A model generated the notes under the pieces. It saw only the letters and a program-made list of their open reading frames with translations, ran no database searches and was not told where the DNA came from. From contig CAXXMB010000002.1 of the NCBI GenBank assembly GCA_963668675.2, positions 1,344,001 to 1,408,000 on the forward strand: DNA of 64,000 nucleotides. Reading direction: 5' to 3'. Made by a program: the position numbers and the translations under genes. Positions 9,672 through 19,245 of the stretch are shown here, one piece after another. Each line of letters begins with the position of its first letter. The stretch's first letter is position 1. The stretch comes from an uncultured Desulfatitalea sp. GTDB taxonomy: Bacteria; Desulfobacterota; Desulfobacteria; Desulfobacterales; Desulfosarcinaceae.

Positions 9672-10361
9672 CTACCCCGCACTCTTTTCCCGGCCGATGT
9701 TGGCATAGATGGAGTCCGGAAAATCGGTGTTCAATCGTTTGTAGGCACTCAAACTCTTTTGTGCATCTCCCTCGACACTATAGAGGCGGCCCAGTTGAAA
9801 CAGGGCGGCATCCTTTAGCACAGCACTTGGCCCCTCAAGCACCTTCTCGAAATAGTCAATGGCTGCGGCACGCTCTCCCTTCTGCATGTGGGCCATCGCC
9901 AAGCCGTTGTAAATGGTGTTGCCGAGGCCCTCATTCCCTTTGACACTACCCATCGCCTCCGTGTAAAGCGCGATCGCCTGATCCGGCATTGCTGCGGATA
10001 GGCTGATGTGGGCGTAAAAGAGGCGGCCCAATTGACCAGCGTCATAACCGTCGAACGTGTCGACCAACTGTTCCAGATCGGACTGAACCATCGCCAGGGC
10101 TTTGGCTGGATCCTGCTGCGCCCTAATGGCCTCTTCATAAGCAGCCATGCTATGGCTCAACAACATCGCAGCAGCTCTTTCGCGATTTTCAACATAATAT
10201 CGATATCCGGCCACAGAAACGATGATCACAAAAAACGCAACGGCGCCATAGGTCAACAGCTTGGCATTGCTCCGTGCCCATTGAATCGCAGTGCCGCTCA
10301 AGGTTATGAATTCATCAGGCTTTTTAACCAGCTCCTTACGTGTAATCCGCTTCTTGGCCAT
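9672..10361 (-). CDS. Membrane-anchored TPR protein (YfgM-like)
   Basis: MAKKRITRKELVKKPDEF, one TM helix, TPR-like helices; ATG overlaps the stop of the upstream kinase gene. Confidence 0.8.
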   Translation of the reverse strand: MAKKRITRKELVKKPDEFITLSGTAIQWARSNAKLLTYGAVAFFVIIVSVAGYRYYVENRERAAAMLLSHSMAAYEEAIRAQQDPAKALAMVQSDLEQLVDTFDGYDAGQLGRLFYAHISLSAAMPDQAIALYTEAMGSVKGNEGLGNTIYNGLAMAHMQKGERAAAIDYFEKVLEGPSAVLKDAALFQLGRLYSVEGDAQKSLSAYKRLNTDFPDSIYANIGREKSAG

Positions 10362-11374
10362 TACCCCTCCACCTCTTTTCGAATTCCCGACCAACGCTCC
10401 TCGGGCAGGTTCGCGCCCATGACCTGGCACACCTGATAACCGCACATCGATCCGATCTTACCACATCGGTCCAGCGGCATGCGGTTGACCAGCCCATAAA
10501 GGAAACCGGAAGCCCACAAATCACCGGCACCCGTCGTATCGAGGGCTTGGCCGTCTCCGAGGGCCTTCACGGGCAGCACATCGCCATTTGTGGCAATCAG
10601 GCTTCCACGGGCGCCAAGCTTCAAAACGGCCAGATCCACATCCGCCACCAGCTTTTTGACCGCCCGGCTCTCATCCCGAGTACCGGTGTAAGCATAGGAT
10701 TCATCCTCATTGGCCAAGAGGATATCCACATATTCGGGAATCAGCTCCGCCAGAATATCCCCGGCCTCTTCGACCACGTTGAAACTGGCCAGATCGAGTG
10801 AAATCAGGGCACCGGCATCACGGGCGGCCCGCAAGGCGGCCTTTATCAGATCAGGGTTGAAAAGGAGATACCCCTCGATGTGAACAATGGCGGCATCTTC
10901 AAAGCACGCCGTGGTCATCTCCTCGGGCCGGGCCTCGGCGGAGGCCCCTAAAAAGGTAAACATCGATCGCTGGGCATCCGGCGAAACAATCGAGAGTACC
11001 CGGCCGGTGGGGGAATCGGAATTGAGCAAGAAGGAGGCTACCCCTTGTTTGGCCAAATCGTCGCGAAAAAGACGGCCCATAGGTCCATTGCCGCACTTGC
11101 CGACAAATTGGGCTTGGCCGCCCAAACGGCCGATTCCCACCACAGTATTGCAGGCCGATCCGCCCGGTACGATTTGTGGCGGCGAGGTCGCCTGATGAAC
11201 CGTCTGATCGATGAACGCTCTCTCGACATAGGTCATGCCGCCTTTGGCGGCCCCAAGCCGATCCAGAAACGAGTCATCTTCACGGGCCAAAATATCGACC
11301 AGCGCCGACCCGACGCCGGTCACCTTCTTCCGCTGGGGATTGAGTCTATCGTAGATTGATTTCATTTTTACCAA
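10361..11374 (-). CDS. PfkB-family carbohydrate/adenosine kinase
   Basis: PGGSACNT, LANEDE, DTTGAGDLWASGFL motifs. Confidence 0.92.
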   Translation of the reverse strand: MVKMKSIYDRLNPQRKKVTGVGSALVDILAREDDSFLDRLGAAKGGMTYVERAFIDQTVHQATSPPQIVPGGSACNTVVGIGRLGGQAQFVGKCGNGPMGRLFRDDLAKQGVASFLLNSDSPTGRVLSIVSPDAQRSMFTFLGASAEARPEEMTTACFEDAAIVHIEGYLLFNPDLIKAALRAARDAGALISLDLASFNVVEEAGDILAELIPEYVDILLANEDESYAYTGTRDESRAVKKLVADVDLAVLKLGARGSLIATNGDVLPVKALGDGQALDTTGAGDLWASGFLYGLVNRMPLDRCGKIGSMCGYQVCQVMGANLPEERWSGIRKEVEG

Positions 11375-11844
11375 ACCAGTGTTTCAAATATCCATCCTTT
11401 GTCGCCATCGGCGTGCTCAACTTCAAACCAGCGTCCTTTTTTCTGCAACACTTTAAAAGGGATGCCGCGGTCCACGGTGAAAGCGATCTCAGTATCGGTG
11501 CTTGGACCCGACCGGACATTGCAGCGGCGTACCCTTACAATAACCGTGCGTGTCTTATCCAGCAAGGAGGCATGAATCCAGCCTTCGTCGCCTTCAAAAT
11601 CTTTGAATCGATACCACACTCCTTTTTTCTCGATGACCGATACGGGGTGGTACTTTTCAATCTGCCAGAGCAGTTCGTGCTTCGTACCCGGGCCCGAACG
11701 GATATTGGCGATATCGCCCTTGACGGCCATGCGCTCGGCAGCGCCCGCATGTCCCGCTGCGAGGACAAAACAGATGCCAATGAAGAGAACGCTTAAGCGT
11801 CGGGGTAAACTCATTTTTCCATTTCCGTTGGCATGCCCATTCAT
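11368..11844 (-). CDS. Exported protein with two bacterial SH3 domains
   Basis: Signal peptide; repeated N(I/V)RSGP...W...GWI units. Confidence 0.88.
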   Translation of the reverse strand: MNGHANGNGKMSLPRRLSVLFIGICFVLAAGHAGAAERMAVKGDIANIRSGPGTKHELLWQIEKYHPVSVIEKKGVWYRFKDFEGDEGWIHASLLDKTRTVIVRVRRCNVRSGPSTDTEIAFTVDRGIPFKVLQKKGRWFEVEHADGDKGWIFETLVW

Positions 11845-11853
11845 AGCCTATGT

Positions 11854-12573
11854 TCAGGGATCGGCCTTCAAGGCGGCTGAATGGGCCGAACCGGTCACCG
11901 GCGATACCATTATCTTGCTCGCCAATCCCTGCCCCAGCACCAGACGATTGAAATCGGCTGCAATCACAACCTGTCCACTATGAATATTGGTGATTACCTC
12001 TATCTCATTGCCAATTCGCAACCCCATGGTCAGCAACCGCAGCTTGAAACGGTTACCGCCATTGAACGCCACCACCTTCAAACGCTCCCCCGGCCGTGCT
12101 GCGTCCAGGGTAAGCACCACATCCCGGTGGACCAAACAGTCCCGGCAAATCCCATAGAGCTCCATTTTGTGCTGCAACATGTGGAAGCCGTAATTCGAAG
12201 CGATTTGCCCCTGTAACCGTTCAATATCCTTGTTTTCAAACTCGATGATCTTTTTGCATTTGGTGCAGATCAAATGGTCATGATGCTGCCCGAGATGGCG
12301 ATGTTCATAGCGAATCTCGCCGTTGTCGAAACGGTTGGCCCGGGCAAATCCATAGTGGCACATCAAATCGATGGTCTCCCGGATAAACTCATCTTCCAGT
12401 CGAAAACCATTGTTGCGTACGGCATCGGCCAGCTCCTGCACCGTCACATGGTGCTCAGTGCGCAAAAAAACCTCCAGGATCGCCAACCGATCGTCAAAAC
12501 GGTCGATGCGGTCGTCTTTGAACAGCTTGACAAACTGATCACGCTCCCGTTTATGGATGGCCTGTGACGTCAT
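11854..12573 (-). CDS. Fur-family regulator fused to a C-terminal FeoA domain
   Basis: HHDHLICTKC and YGICRDC Fur motifs followed by FeoA-like RLLTMGLRIGNEIEV...LVLGQGLASKIMV. Confidence 0.88.
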   Translation of the reverse strand: MTSQAIHKRERDQFVKLFKDDRIDRFDDRLAILEVFLRTEHHVTVQELADAVRNNGFRLEDEFIRETIDLMCHYGFARANRFDNGEIRYEHRHLGQHHDHLICTKCKKIIEFENKDIERLQGQIASNYGFHMLQHKMELYGICRDCLVHRDVVLTLDAARPGERLKVVAFNGGNRFKLRLLTMGLRIGNEIEVITNIHSGQVVIAADFNRLVLGQGLASKIMVSPVTGSAHSAALKADP

Positions 12574-12627
12574 CTCCGCACAACCTCTTTTACCTTGTCA
12601 ACTCAACGTCCGTATGAATAAAGGTCG

Positions 12628-12876
12628 CTATTTGCTGTGACCGGGCAAGCTCCAGGTCGTGCACGATCCGCCAGAACAGGTCCGGGAGGTGGTCGACGGG
12701 CCCTGCTGGTCACTGCTGCCCGCGGGCATACTGAAATTGGTGGCGCTGATCACCCGCTCAATATCTTCGGATCCGCACTCTTTACAGCGCATCGTCACCT
12801 TGTCATCGTCAGACCCCATCACCAGGATCTCCATGAATGATTCACATTTAAGGCACTTAAATTCGTATATCGGCAT
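12628..12876 (-). CDS. FmdB-family zinc ribbon protein
   Basis: MPIYEFKCLKC...CKECGS. Confidence 0.88.
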   Translation of the reverse strand: MPIYEFKCLKCESFMEILVMGSDDDKVTMRCKECGSEDIERVISATNFSMPAGSSDQQGPSTTSRTCSGGSCTTWSLPGHSK

Positions 12877-12924
12877 TGCCGCTCCTTGGTCTTAGCTGTA
12901 AAAATAGAACTTATCTTTTTATTA

Positions 12925-15162
12925 TCAACAGCGGGGGATTGTCAACCCGTCACCCGGTCCTGCCGGCAATCGCACCGTCACCTGCGTACCGTTGGGCTGC
13001 GAGGTCTCCAAATCAATCCCCCCCCTGTGGCGCTGGACGATTTGATGGCAGATGTAGAGTCCCAAACCGGTCCCTTGGCCGACCGGCTTGGTGGTAAAGA
13101 AGGGTTTAAAAACATTTTGGCGATCGACGGGCGCGATGCCCGATCCATTGTCGCGACAGCGAAAGACCACCTGCCCTGCTTCCACCTCGTATGAGGTGGA
13201 TAGAGAGACCTCCCCGTTCCGATCTTCCACCGCCTGAATCGCGTTTCGAATGATATTCAACACCACCTGCCCAAGGTTGGCGAAATTGCCCCGCAGCATC
13301 GGCAACCCCGGAATCAGATCCTCCACGACACTCAACGTTCCGTGTTTGTACTGATTTTGCAACACCCGCAGCGCATCGCGCACCACCAAATTCATGTCCA
13401 CGGACTCCTCATAGGTCTGGGTCTGCCTCGAAAGCCCCAATAGACTGGCCACAATGGATTTGGCACGTGCCAGCTCCTTGCCGGCAAAATGGAGGTCGTC
13501 CAACAGACCCTCATCCAACGGCTGCCCCGTATCCCACTCGGAGAGCTCTTCGGAGATGGACTGCAACAGGCTGGTGACACTGGCAAGGGGATTGTTCATC
13601 TCGTGGGCCACGCCAGCCACCAGTTGCCCCAATGCGGCCAAACTCTCGGAGCGAATCAAATGCTCCTGGGATCGCTCTTTCTCCTCCAGCGCAGCTTCCA
13701 GCTCTTTCGTTCGTTCGGCCACCTGCGCCTCAAGCGTGTCGTTCAACTCCCTGAGCGCCTGATAGGCCTGTGCATTTTGAATCGCCACGGCACTTTGATG
13801 GCACAACGGCACCAGCAGATCGATGTCACGGGTCGAGTAGATCCGGCCTGAAAGTTTCTCCCCCATAACCAGAAACCCCTTCAATTGAGCTTTGAAACAC
13901 ATGGGAAAAACCACCTCCGCCTGTAGCCAAGCCATCTCCGACAAAAGGCCTTTGGAGTCACCGTCACCAACCGCCCCCAGCACCTTCTGTTTCAAAATCG
14001 GCTGCACACGACCCTGCAGCGCACCCACCAGCCGGGCCTCGTCGACCATGGCTGCATCGTAGCGCCCACCGGCAGCCTCACCGGCGGATGCAATGGCACG
14101 ATAGATCCCGCTGGCTGAATCGGCGAGAAATAGGGCGCAATGCTTCACCCGCATGGCATCGACAATCGTCTCCTGCATCAGCCGGGTAATCTTCTCCCGA
14201 TCCAATACCGTGGCAATGGTTTGACTGACGCGCTCAAGTGTCATCTGGTGGTCATAAAAATCTCCTCCCCAGAAACGGTTGAAGAAGCGCTGCAACAACG
14301 ATAATGGCTTCTCTGAAACCGAAACCGCGAATAATAGAATCGCAAATATAGAGAGACAAACCGTGCCATAAACAACTCCTTGAAATGAGGACTGCATCAA
14401 CTTGACTGCCGCAAGAGAGACAATCACACCCGCCAGCATCAGCAGGATGTAGACCACACCTTTACGCATCAACAGGCCAACATCCAGCAAGTCATATCGA
14501 AAAAAACCCGCCGCGAAAAAGAGCAGCGGCACAAAACCAAACGCCCCCGGAGGATAGATCGGCCAACCGAAAAGGGTTAAGCAGTTCAACGTACTCAGCG
14601 CCCCGAGCACACCAAAGCCGATAAAGAGATACCAAAGCTTGTTCTTATAAATACTGCGCGACTCACTGCCAATCGCCTTGATCAAAATGGTAACATTATA
14701 AGAAGTCGCAAAAGCCGCCCCCACTCCCATCAAAAAGAAAAGCGGACCGCCTTGGCCAAAGTATCCAAATGCAAACCTACGGACATCTGCAATGACCCAA
14801 TCTCCGCCAAACACACACAGCGCCACAACAGCAGCATAACCATATGCAAGCCTGACCAGCCACTGCCGCTCAGCGATCCCCAGAAACGCATGGAAGAAAT
14901 GAATGAACAACGGAAGTAAAAACGGATGAAAAATGTGGCCAACGCGACTGGTGAACAAAGCGACCCGGGCCGACGACGCATTGAAATTGATCAACATGTC
15001 CACATAGAGCAAGCTGCCGAGGAGACACATCACTGCAAATATACAATCCACTCTCGCCCGTCTTCTGCTTAAAACGGCCGCTCCCGCCATAGCAGCCAAA
15101 AGCAAGGCGGTGAGTATGGGCGGCAAACTATACAAACTATAGCCCATCTGTCTCAGGAGCAT
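12925..15162 (-). CDS. Multi-TM sensor histidine kinase with GAF domain
   Basis: Long hydrophobic N-terminal region, GAF-like segment, AGVAHEMNNPL, PFFTTKPVGQGTGLGL. Confidence 0.92.
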   Translation of the reverse strand: MLLRQMGYSLYSLPPILTALLLAAMAGAAVLSRRRARVDCIFAVMCLLGSLLYVDMLINFNASSARVALFTSRVGHIFHPFLLPLFIHFFHAFLGIAERQWLVRLAYGYAAVVALCVFGGDWVIADVRRFAFGYFGQGGPLFFLMGVGAAFATSYNVTILIKAIGSESRSIYKNKLWYLFIGFGVLGALSTLNCLTLFGWPIYPPGAFGFVPLLFFAAGFFRYDLLDVGLLMRKGVVYILLMLAGVIVSLAAVKLMQSSFQGVVYGTVCLSIFAILLFAVSVSEKPLSLLQRFFNRFWGGDFYDHQMTLERVSQTIATVLDREKITRLMQETIVDAMRVKHCALFLADSASGIYRAIASAGEAAGGRYDAAMVDEARLVGALQGRVQPILKQKVLGAVGDGDSKGLLSEMAWLQAEVVFPMCFKAQLKGFLVMGEKLSGRIYSTRDIDLLVPLCHQSAVAIQNAQAYQALRELNDTLEAQVAERTKELEAALEEKERSQEHLIRSESLAALGQLVAGVAHEMNNPLASVTSLLQSISEELSEWDTGQPLDEGLLDDLHFAGKELARAKSIVASLLGLSRQTQTYEESVDMNLVVRDALRVLQNQYKHGTLSVVEDLIPGLPMLRGNFANLGQVVLNIIRNAIQAVEDRNGEVSLSTSYEVEAGQVVFRCRDNGSGIAPVDRQNVFKPFFTTKPVGQGTGLGLYICHQIVQRHRGGIDLETSQPNGTQVTVRLPAGPGDGLTIPRC

Positions 15163-15262
15163 ATCGACCTCTTCGATTCATTGAGATAATAACTGCCAAC
15201 ACCAAGTGTCGACACGCCATACTATCAACAAAACAGACGCCACCAATTTTACCGACAAAGGA

Positions 15263-15454
15263 GGTGCGGCCGACATGGCGTGTGGGTTCCCAATGCCTTC
15301 AGCGAGTGACTTTACTGCTGCTTAGAGGCAGCGGAGGAAAAGCGGACCGCACTGTCTGAGCGCAGCGAGTTTGCGGACCGCCCGGAGCTGCCTCTTAGCA
15401 GCAGTTAAATCATGAGCGTCGCATTGGGAACCCACACGCCATGTCGGCCGCACC
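15263..15454. repeat. 192-bp palindromic intergenic element, copy 1
   Basis: 15263-15296 is the exact reverse complement of 15421-15454 (34 bp); core 15311-15409 nearly identical to 24511-24608. Confidence 0.9.
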
Positions 15455-15589
15455 GGCGCAAACCGCATAAAATCAACAATCAAACAATTCATTAACAAAT
15501 TCTATAGATGGGCGATCTCATATATTGATATATCCGAGATCTTCGACGCGTACTCTATCGGCGAATGCCGAATCCAAATAGGCCTCAGG

Positions 15590-17293
15590 TTATCGGCCAG
15601 ATGAGAGCATTTCTCGTGCGTGGGCCAGGGTCGTGGCCGTTATCTCTTCTCCGCCCAGCATTCGGGCCATCTCTTCAATGCGGGCCTCGGGCGTCAATGG
15701 CGTGATGGTTGTATGGGTGCGACCCCGGTCAATACGCTTGGCAATGCGGAAGTGATGCTCGCCATACTTCGCTATCTGCGGCAAATGGGTAATGCACAAA
15801 ACCTGGTGGTTGTCCGCCAGGCCGGCCAGCTTGCGCCCAACCATATCGGCAACCCCACCGCCAATCCCGGCATCGACCTCGTCGAACACAACCGTCTCCA
15901 ATGCATCGTTGTGGGCCAGAATCGCCTTGAGCGCCAGCACCACGCGCGACAATTCTCCACCAGAGGCGATGCTGGCCAGAGGCTTGATGGTCTCACCAAC
16001 ATTGGGAGCCATCATGAAGACCGCCCGATCCGAACCGCTCTCCGTCAACGCGATGCCATTGTTGGAGAGAAAGAGCGCCGTTTCATCTCCTGCCTTCACC
16101 GACTGGAGGTCCACCACAAACCGGGTCCCCGCCATCTTCAGCTCAGCCAGCTCGCGCTCCACCTTCTGCGACAACTGCGCAGCCACCTTGCGGCGTTTGT
16201 CGGACAACTCCCCGGCCAGACGGCTAAGGGAGAGATGTTTCTTCTTCAGCTCGGAACCGACCTGTTCAATCGTATCGTCAAGCGCTTCGATCTCTTTCAG
16301 TTGAAGCGTAATCTCCTCGGCATGGTCGCACACCGATGTCAAAGAGCCGCCATATTTCCGTTTGAGCCGGTTCAGGAGATCCAGGCGCGCCTCGACAGCC
16401 TCCAGCCGGCCTGGGTCCAGATCGATCCGCTGCAGGTAGTCCCGCAAGTGGCCCGCAACATCCTCGACCCGATAGGTCACCTCCTCCAACTCGCTGGTCC
16501 TTGTCTGCAACTGGTCGTCGATGCGACCCATACGGTCCAACGCTTTTACGGTCTGGCCCAAAATTTCAAATACAGCCCCGTCGCCACTGTAAAGTGCTTC
16601 GATACATTCGTGCACGGTTTGATAGAGGGCCTCTCCATTTTTAAGGCGCAGCCGCTCTTTCTCAAGCGATTCATCTTCATCCGGCAATAGCGCTGTCGTT
16701 TCGATCTCCTGAAGCTGAAACCGCAGCAGCTCCACCTGCTCGTCCTGTCGGGCCTGACGCGCGCGCAGCGACTGCTCTTCGCGGATCAGCGGCAACATAC
16801 GGGCGTGCTCCTCTCCGTACCGGTTTCGCAGTGCGATAAGATCTCCGAATTGGTCGAGGATGAAAAGATGCGCCTCCTCCTTGAGCAACCCCTGGTGGGC
16901 ATGTTGCCCCGAGATGCTGGCGAGCCTGGAGGTCAGATCACCGAGCAGCTGCATGGTGGCCAACCGACCGTTGATGTAAATGCGATGGCGCTCTTGATTG
17001 GATATGATCCGCCGCACCAACAGCCCTTCGGCAGCATCGAACCCCGCTTCGGCCATATGCCCGGCGATGTTGCTCCCGACTGGAATATCGAAAAGGGCCT
17101 CCAGCTCGGCGCTCTCCGCTCCTGTCCGAATGAGGGCTGCCGAGGCCCGGCTGCCCAGAAGCAAATTGACGGCATTGATGATGATCGATTTTCCGGCGCC
17201 GGTCTCACCGCTCAGGATGGTCAAACCGGGCTCAAAACGGATATTGAGATCCTCAATAATGGCAAAATTACGAATGGAAAGCTCTTGGAGCAT
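15590..17293 (-). CDS. recN: DNA repair protein RecN
   Basis: LSGETGAGKSI, IASGGELSRVVL, VFDEVDAGIGG, QVLCITHLPQIA. Confidence 0.97.
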   Translation of the reverse strand: MLQELSIRNFAIIEDLNIRFEPGLTILSGETGAGKSIIINAVNLLLGSRASAALIRTGAESAELEALFDIPVGSNIAGHMAEAGFDAAEGLLVRRIISNQERHRIYINGRLATMQLLGDLTSRLASISGQHAHQGLLKEEAHLFILDQFGDLIALRNRYGEEHARMLPLIREEQSLRARQARQDEQVELLRFQLQEIETTALLPDEDESLEKERLRLKNGEALYQTVHECIEALYSGDGAVFEILGQTVKALDRMGRIDDQLQTRTSELEEVTYRVEDVAGHLRDYLQRIDLDPGRLEAVEARLDLLNRLKRKYGGSLTSVCDHAEEITLQLKEIEALDDTIEQVGSELKKKHLSLSRLAGELSDKRRKVAAQLSQKVERELAELKMAGTRFVVDLQSVKAGDETALFLSNNGIALTESGSDRAVFMMAPNVGETIKPLASIASGGELSRVVLALKAILAHNDALETVVFDEVDAGIGGGVADMVGRKLAGLADNHQVLCITHLPQIAKYGEHHFRIAKRIDRGRTHTTITPLTPEARIEEMARMLGGEEITATTLAHAREMLSSGR

Positions 17294-17400
17294 ATCTCGG
17301 CCAATAGTAAACGATTGTTAGGCGCGTCATTATCTGCGACAGGTTTAGATCCCGTCTATATATAAAAAACCCGACGAGGTAATCAACCGCTATCTTAACC

Positions 17401-19206
17401 CTATACCCATCGAAGCAAGCGTTCGACCTGACCAGCCATCAGATGCACTTTTTTGCCCAACCGCACACAAACCAATCTCTCTTCAGCTATCAATCGACGC
17501 AGTTCGGTGGTCAACACCCGCAGACGGTCATAGGCCTGCAGATCCAGGACACCCTGTTTCTCTCGCCACCTCCGGCCATGCCCGGAAGGCACGGGAAGGG
17601 CTGCGATCTTGGCAAGCGACTGGTATTCGACCACACAGCCGCCGTCGAGGATCAGCGCATGCATCCCATGGCCACTGCCACCTGTGTGCCAAACGACCAC
17701 CGCATCGGTAAGACGGGTAAGCCAACGTGCCCGCCGTATCTGGTGACCGGCATGCGTCAACATCCCCTCGATGCGACGGCAGACCATTTCGGCTGTCCAC
17801 TCCATCGATAGCGCATCTGCGGCGCTCTCCTGGTCCGCTCCCAGGTCCTCGCTCTCCTGGTCCGCTCCCAGGTCCTCCCCGTCTGCCTGCAGACGCCGAT
17901 CCGCTTCTGCCGACAACCGCTCCTTCCAACCATCGTGCCCTGCCCTCAGCAAGGCTCGCCAGAGGCCGAGACGGGCAATCGAAACAGCATGCTTCTCTCG
18001 AAAGCAGTCGATGCCCCGGACCAGCATCGTCTCATCCGGACAGAGCCTCGCCGCCAGTATCGCCTTTGCTTTGCCATCGGTGATCCCCGCGCTGCTTCCT
18101 CCTGACCCCAGAGCGCATCCTACCGAATGCACGAGCCTGACCAGATCGTTCGAAACCAAAGGTCCCACACAGCAAACATCGTCGACGCTCTTCGACCTTC
18201 TCCCGAAATCCCTCGAAACAAAGATCGGCGCCCGATCCCCCTCGATCAGGGCCACATTGTATGGCGGTGAGCACTCCTTGATGGCCTCCGACTCCATCAA
18301 TGCCGCCTCAAGCGCCGATGCGGTGACCGTCACCTCGATGTGAGCTGCCTGGGTCAGCATTTCCAAGACATGTTCCGGATGCCGCCGCCGTGGCTGGAAG
18401 TAACTGTTCAGACGCTTTTTGAGCGAACGCGCCTTGCCAATATAGAGCAAATCGCCATTGGATCGGATAAAGCGATATATACCGGGGGCATCAGGGGCCT
18501 TTTTACGCTGATGGCGGGGCATGGGATAGCGGCGCGGCAGAGGCTCCGGAACCGGTCGCTCCGCCAGCCAACGGCGCAAATCGTCCAGTGATGCCACCTG
18601 CTCCTCTACAGCCAGCCGATTGACCAGATGTCGCCAAATGACGGCGGTCGCGCGCACATGTCCGTCACAACGCCTCGCCGACGGGACCGAATGGCCCAGG
18701 AAACCGGACAGCGCCCGAATGCCTCTTCGCGGCAGCTCCGGGTAGAGCCGCCGGCTGATGTCATGAGTGCATATCAATTCGAATGGAAAGCCAGTCCCAA
18801 AATCGCACTTTTGGTGGAGCCGTTGCAGAAAGGGTCTTTCGAAGCGGGCAAAATGGATCACCACCGGACAGCGCTGAAAGCCGCTCTGTCGGGCCACCTC
18901 ATCGGCAGCGGCCGACAGACGGCGCCACACCACCCTTTCAGGAGCAGCCTCATTCAAACCAGCCGGATGGATTCCGGTCAGCCGCCGAACCCGGGTCGGC
19001 AAGGTAGCGTCCCCAGGCAGACGGACCAGATCGGCGTGAACCGCCCACTCCTCCGGTAGCGAGGTGTCCGCTGCCCGATAGGGCAGCCAGCCCACCTCCA
19101 GCAGATGACCCTTTTCCGGTGAATTGGCAGTGGTCTGACAATCCACCAGCAGTACGGGAAGCGTAAGAAGGCGCTTGGTCATTTTGGGACACGGCTCCTG
19201 GGCCAC
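17401..19206 (-). CDS. DnaQ-like exonuclease domain fused to UvrC-like GIY-YIG nuclease
   Basis: PGIYRFIRSNGDLLYIGKARSLKKRLNSYF; N-terminal DnaQ-like segment (LVDCQTT, RRLTGI, CTHDISRRLYPEL). Confidence 0.8.
   Translation of the reverse strand: MAQEPCPKMTKRLLTLPVLLVDCQTTANSPEKGHLLEVGWLPYRAADTSLPEEWAVHADLVRLPGDATLPTRVRRLTGIHPAGLNEAAPERVVWRRLSAAADEVARQSGFQRCPVVIHFARFERPFLQRLHQKCDFGTGFPFELICTHDISRRLYPELPRRGIRALSGFLGHSVPSARRCDGHVRATAVIWRHLVNRLAVEEQVASLDDLRRWLAERPVPEPLPRRYPMPRHQRKKAPDAPGIYRFIRSNGDLLYIGKARSLKKRLNSYFQPRRRHPEHVLEMLTQAAHIEVTVTASALEAALMESEAIKECSPPYNVALIEGDRAPIFVSRDFGRRSKSVDDVCCVGPLVSNDLVRLVHSVGCALGSGGSSAGITDGKAKAILAARLCPDETMLVRGIDCFREKHAVSIARLGLWRALLRAGHDGWKERLSAEADRRLQADGEDLGADQESEDLGADQESAADALSMEWTAEMVCRRIEGMLTHAGHQIRRARWLTRLTDAVVVWHTGGSGHGMHALILDGGCVVEYQSLAKIAALPVPSGHGRRWREKQGVLDLQAYDRLRVLTTELRRLIAEERLVCVRLGKKVHLMAGQVERLLRWV
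17824..17877. repeat. Exact 2 x 27-bp in-frame tandem duplication
   Basis: gctctcctggtccgctcccaggtcctc twice; encodes EDLGADQES x2. Confidence 0.95.
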
Positions 19207-19245
19207 ACACCGCGCACCGGCTCCCTACATCCGCTACCCGGCACA

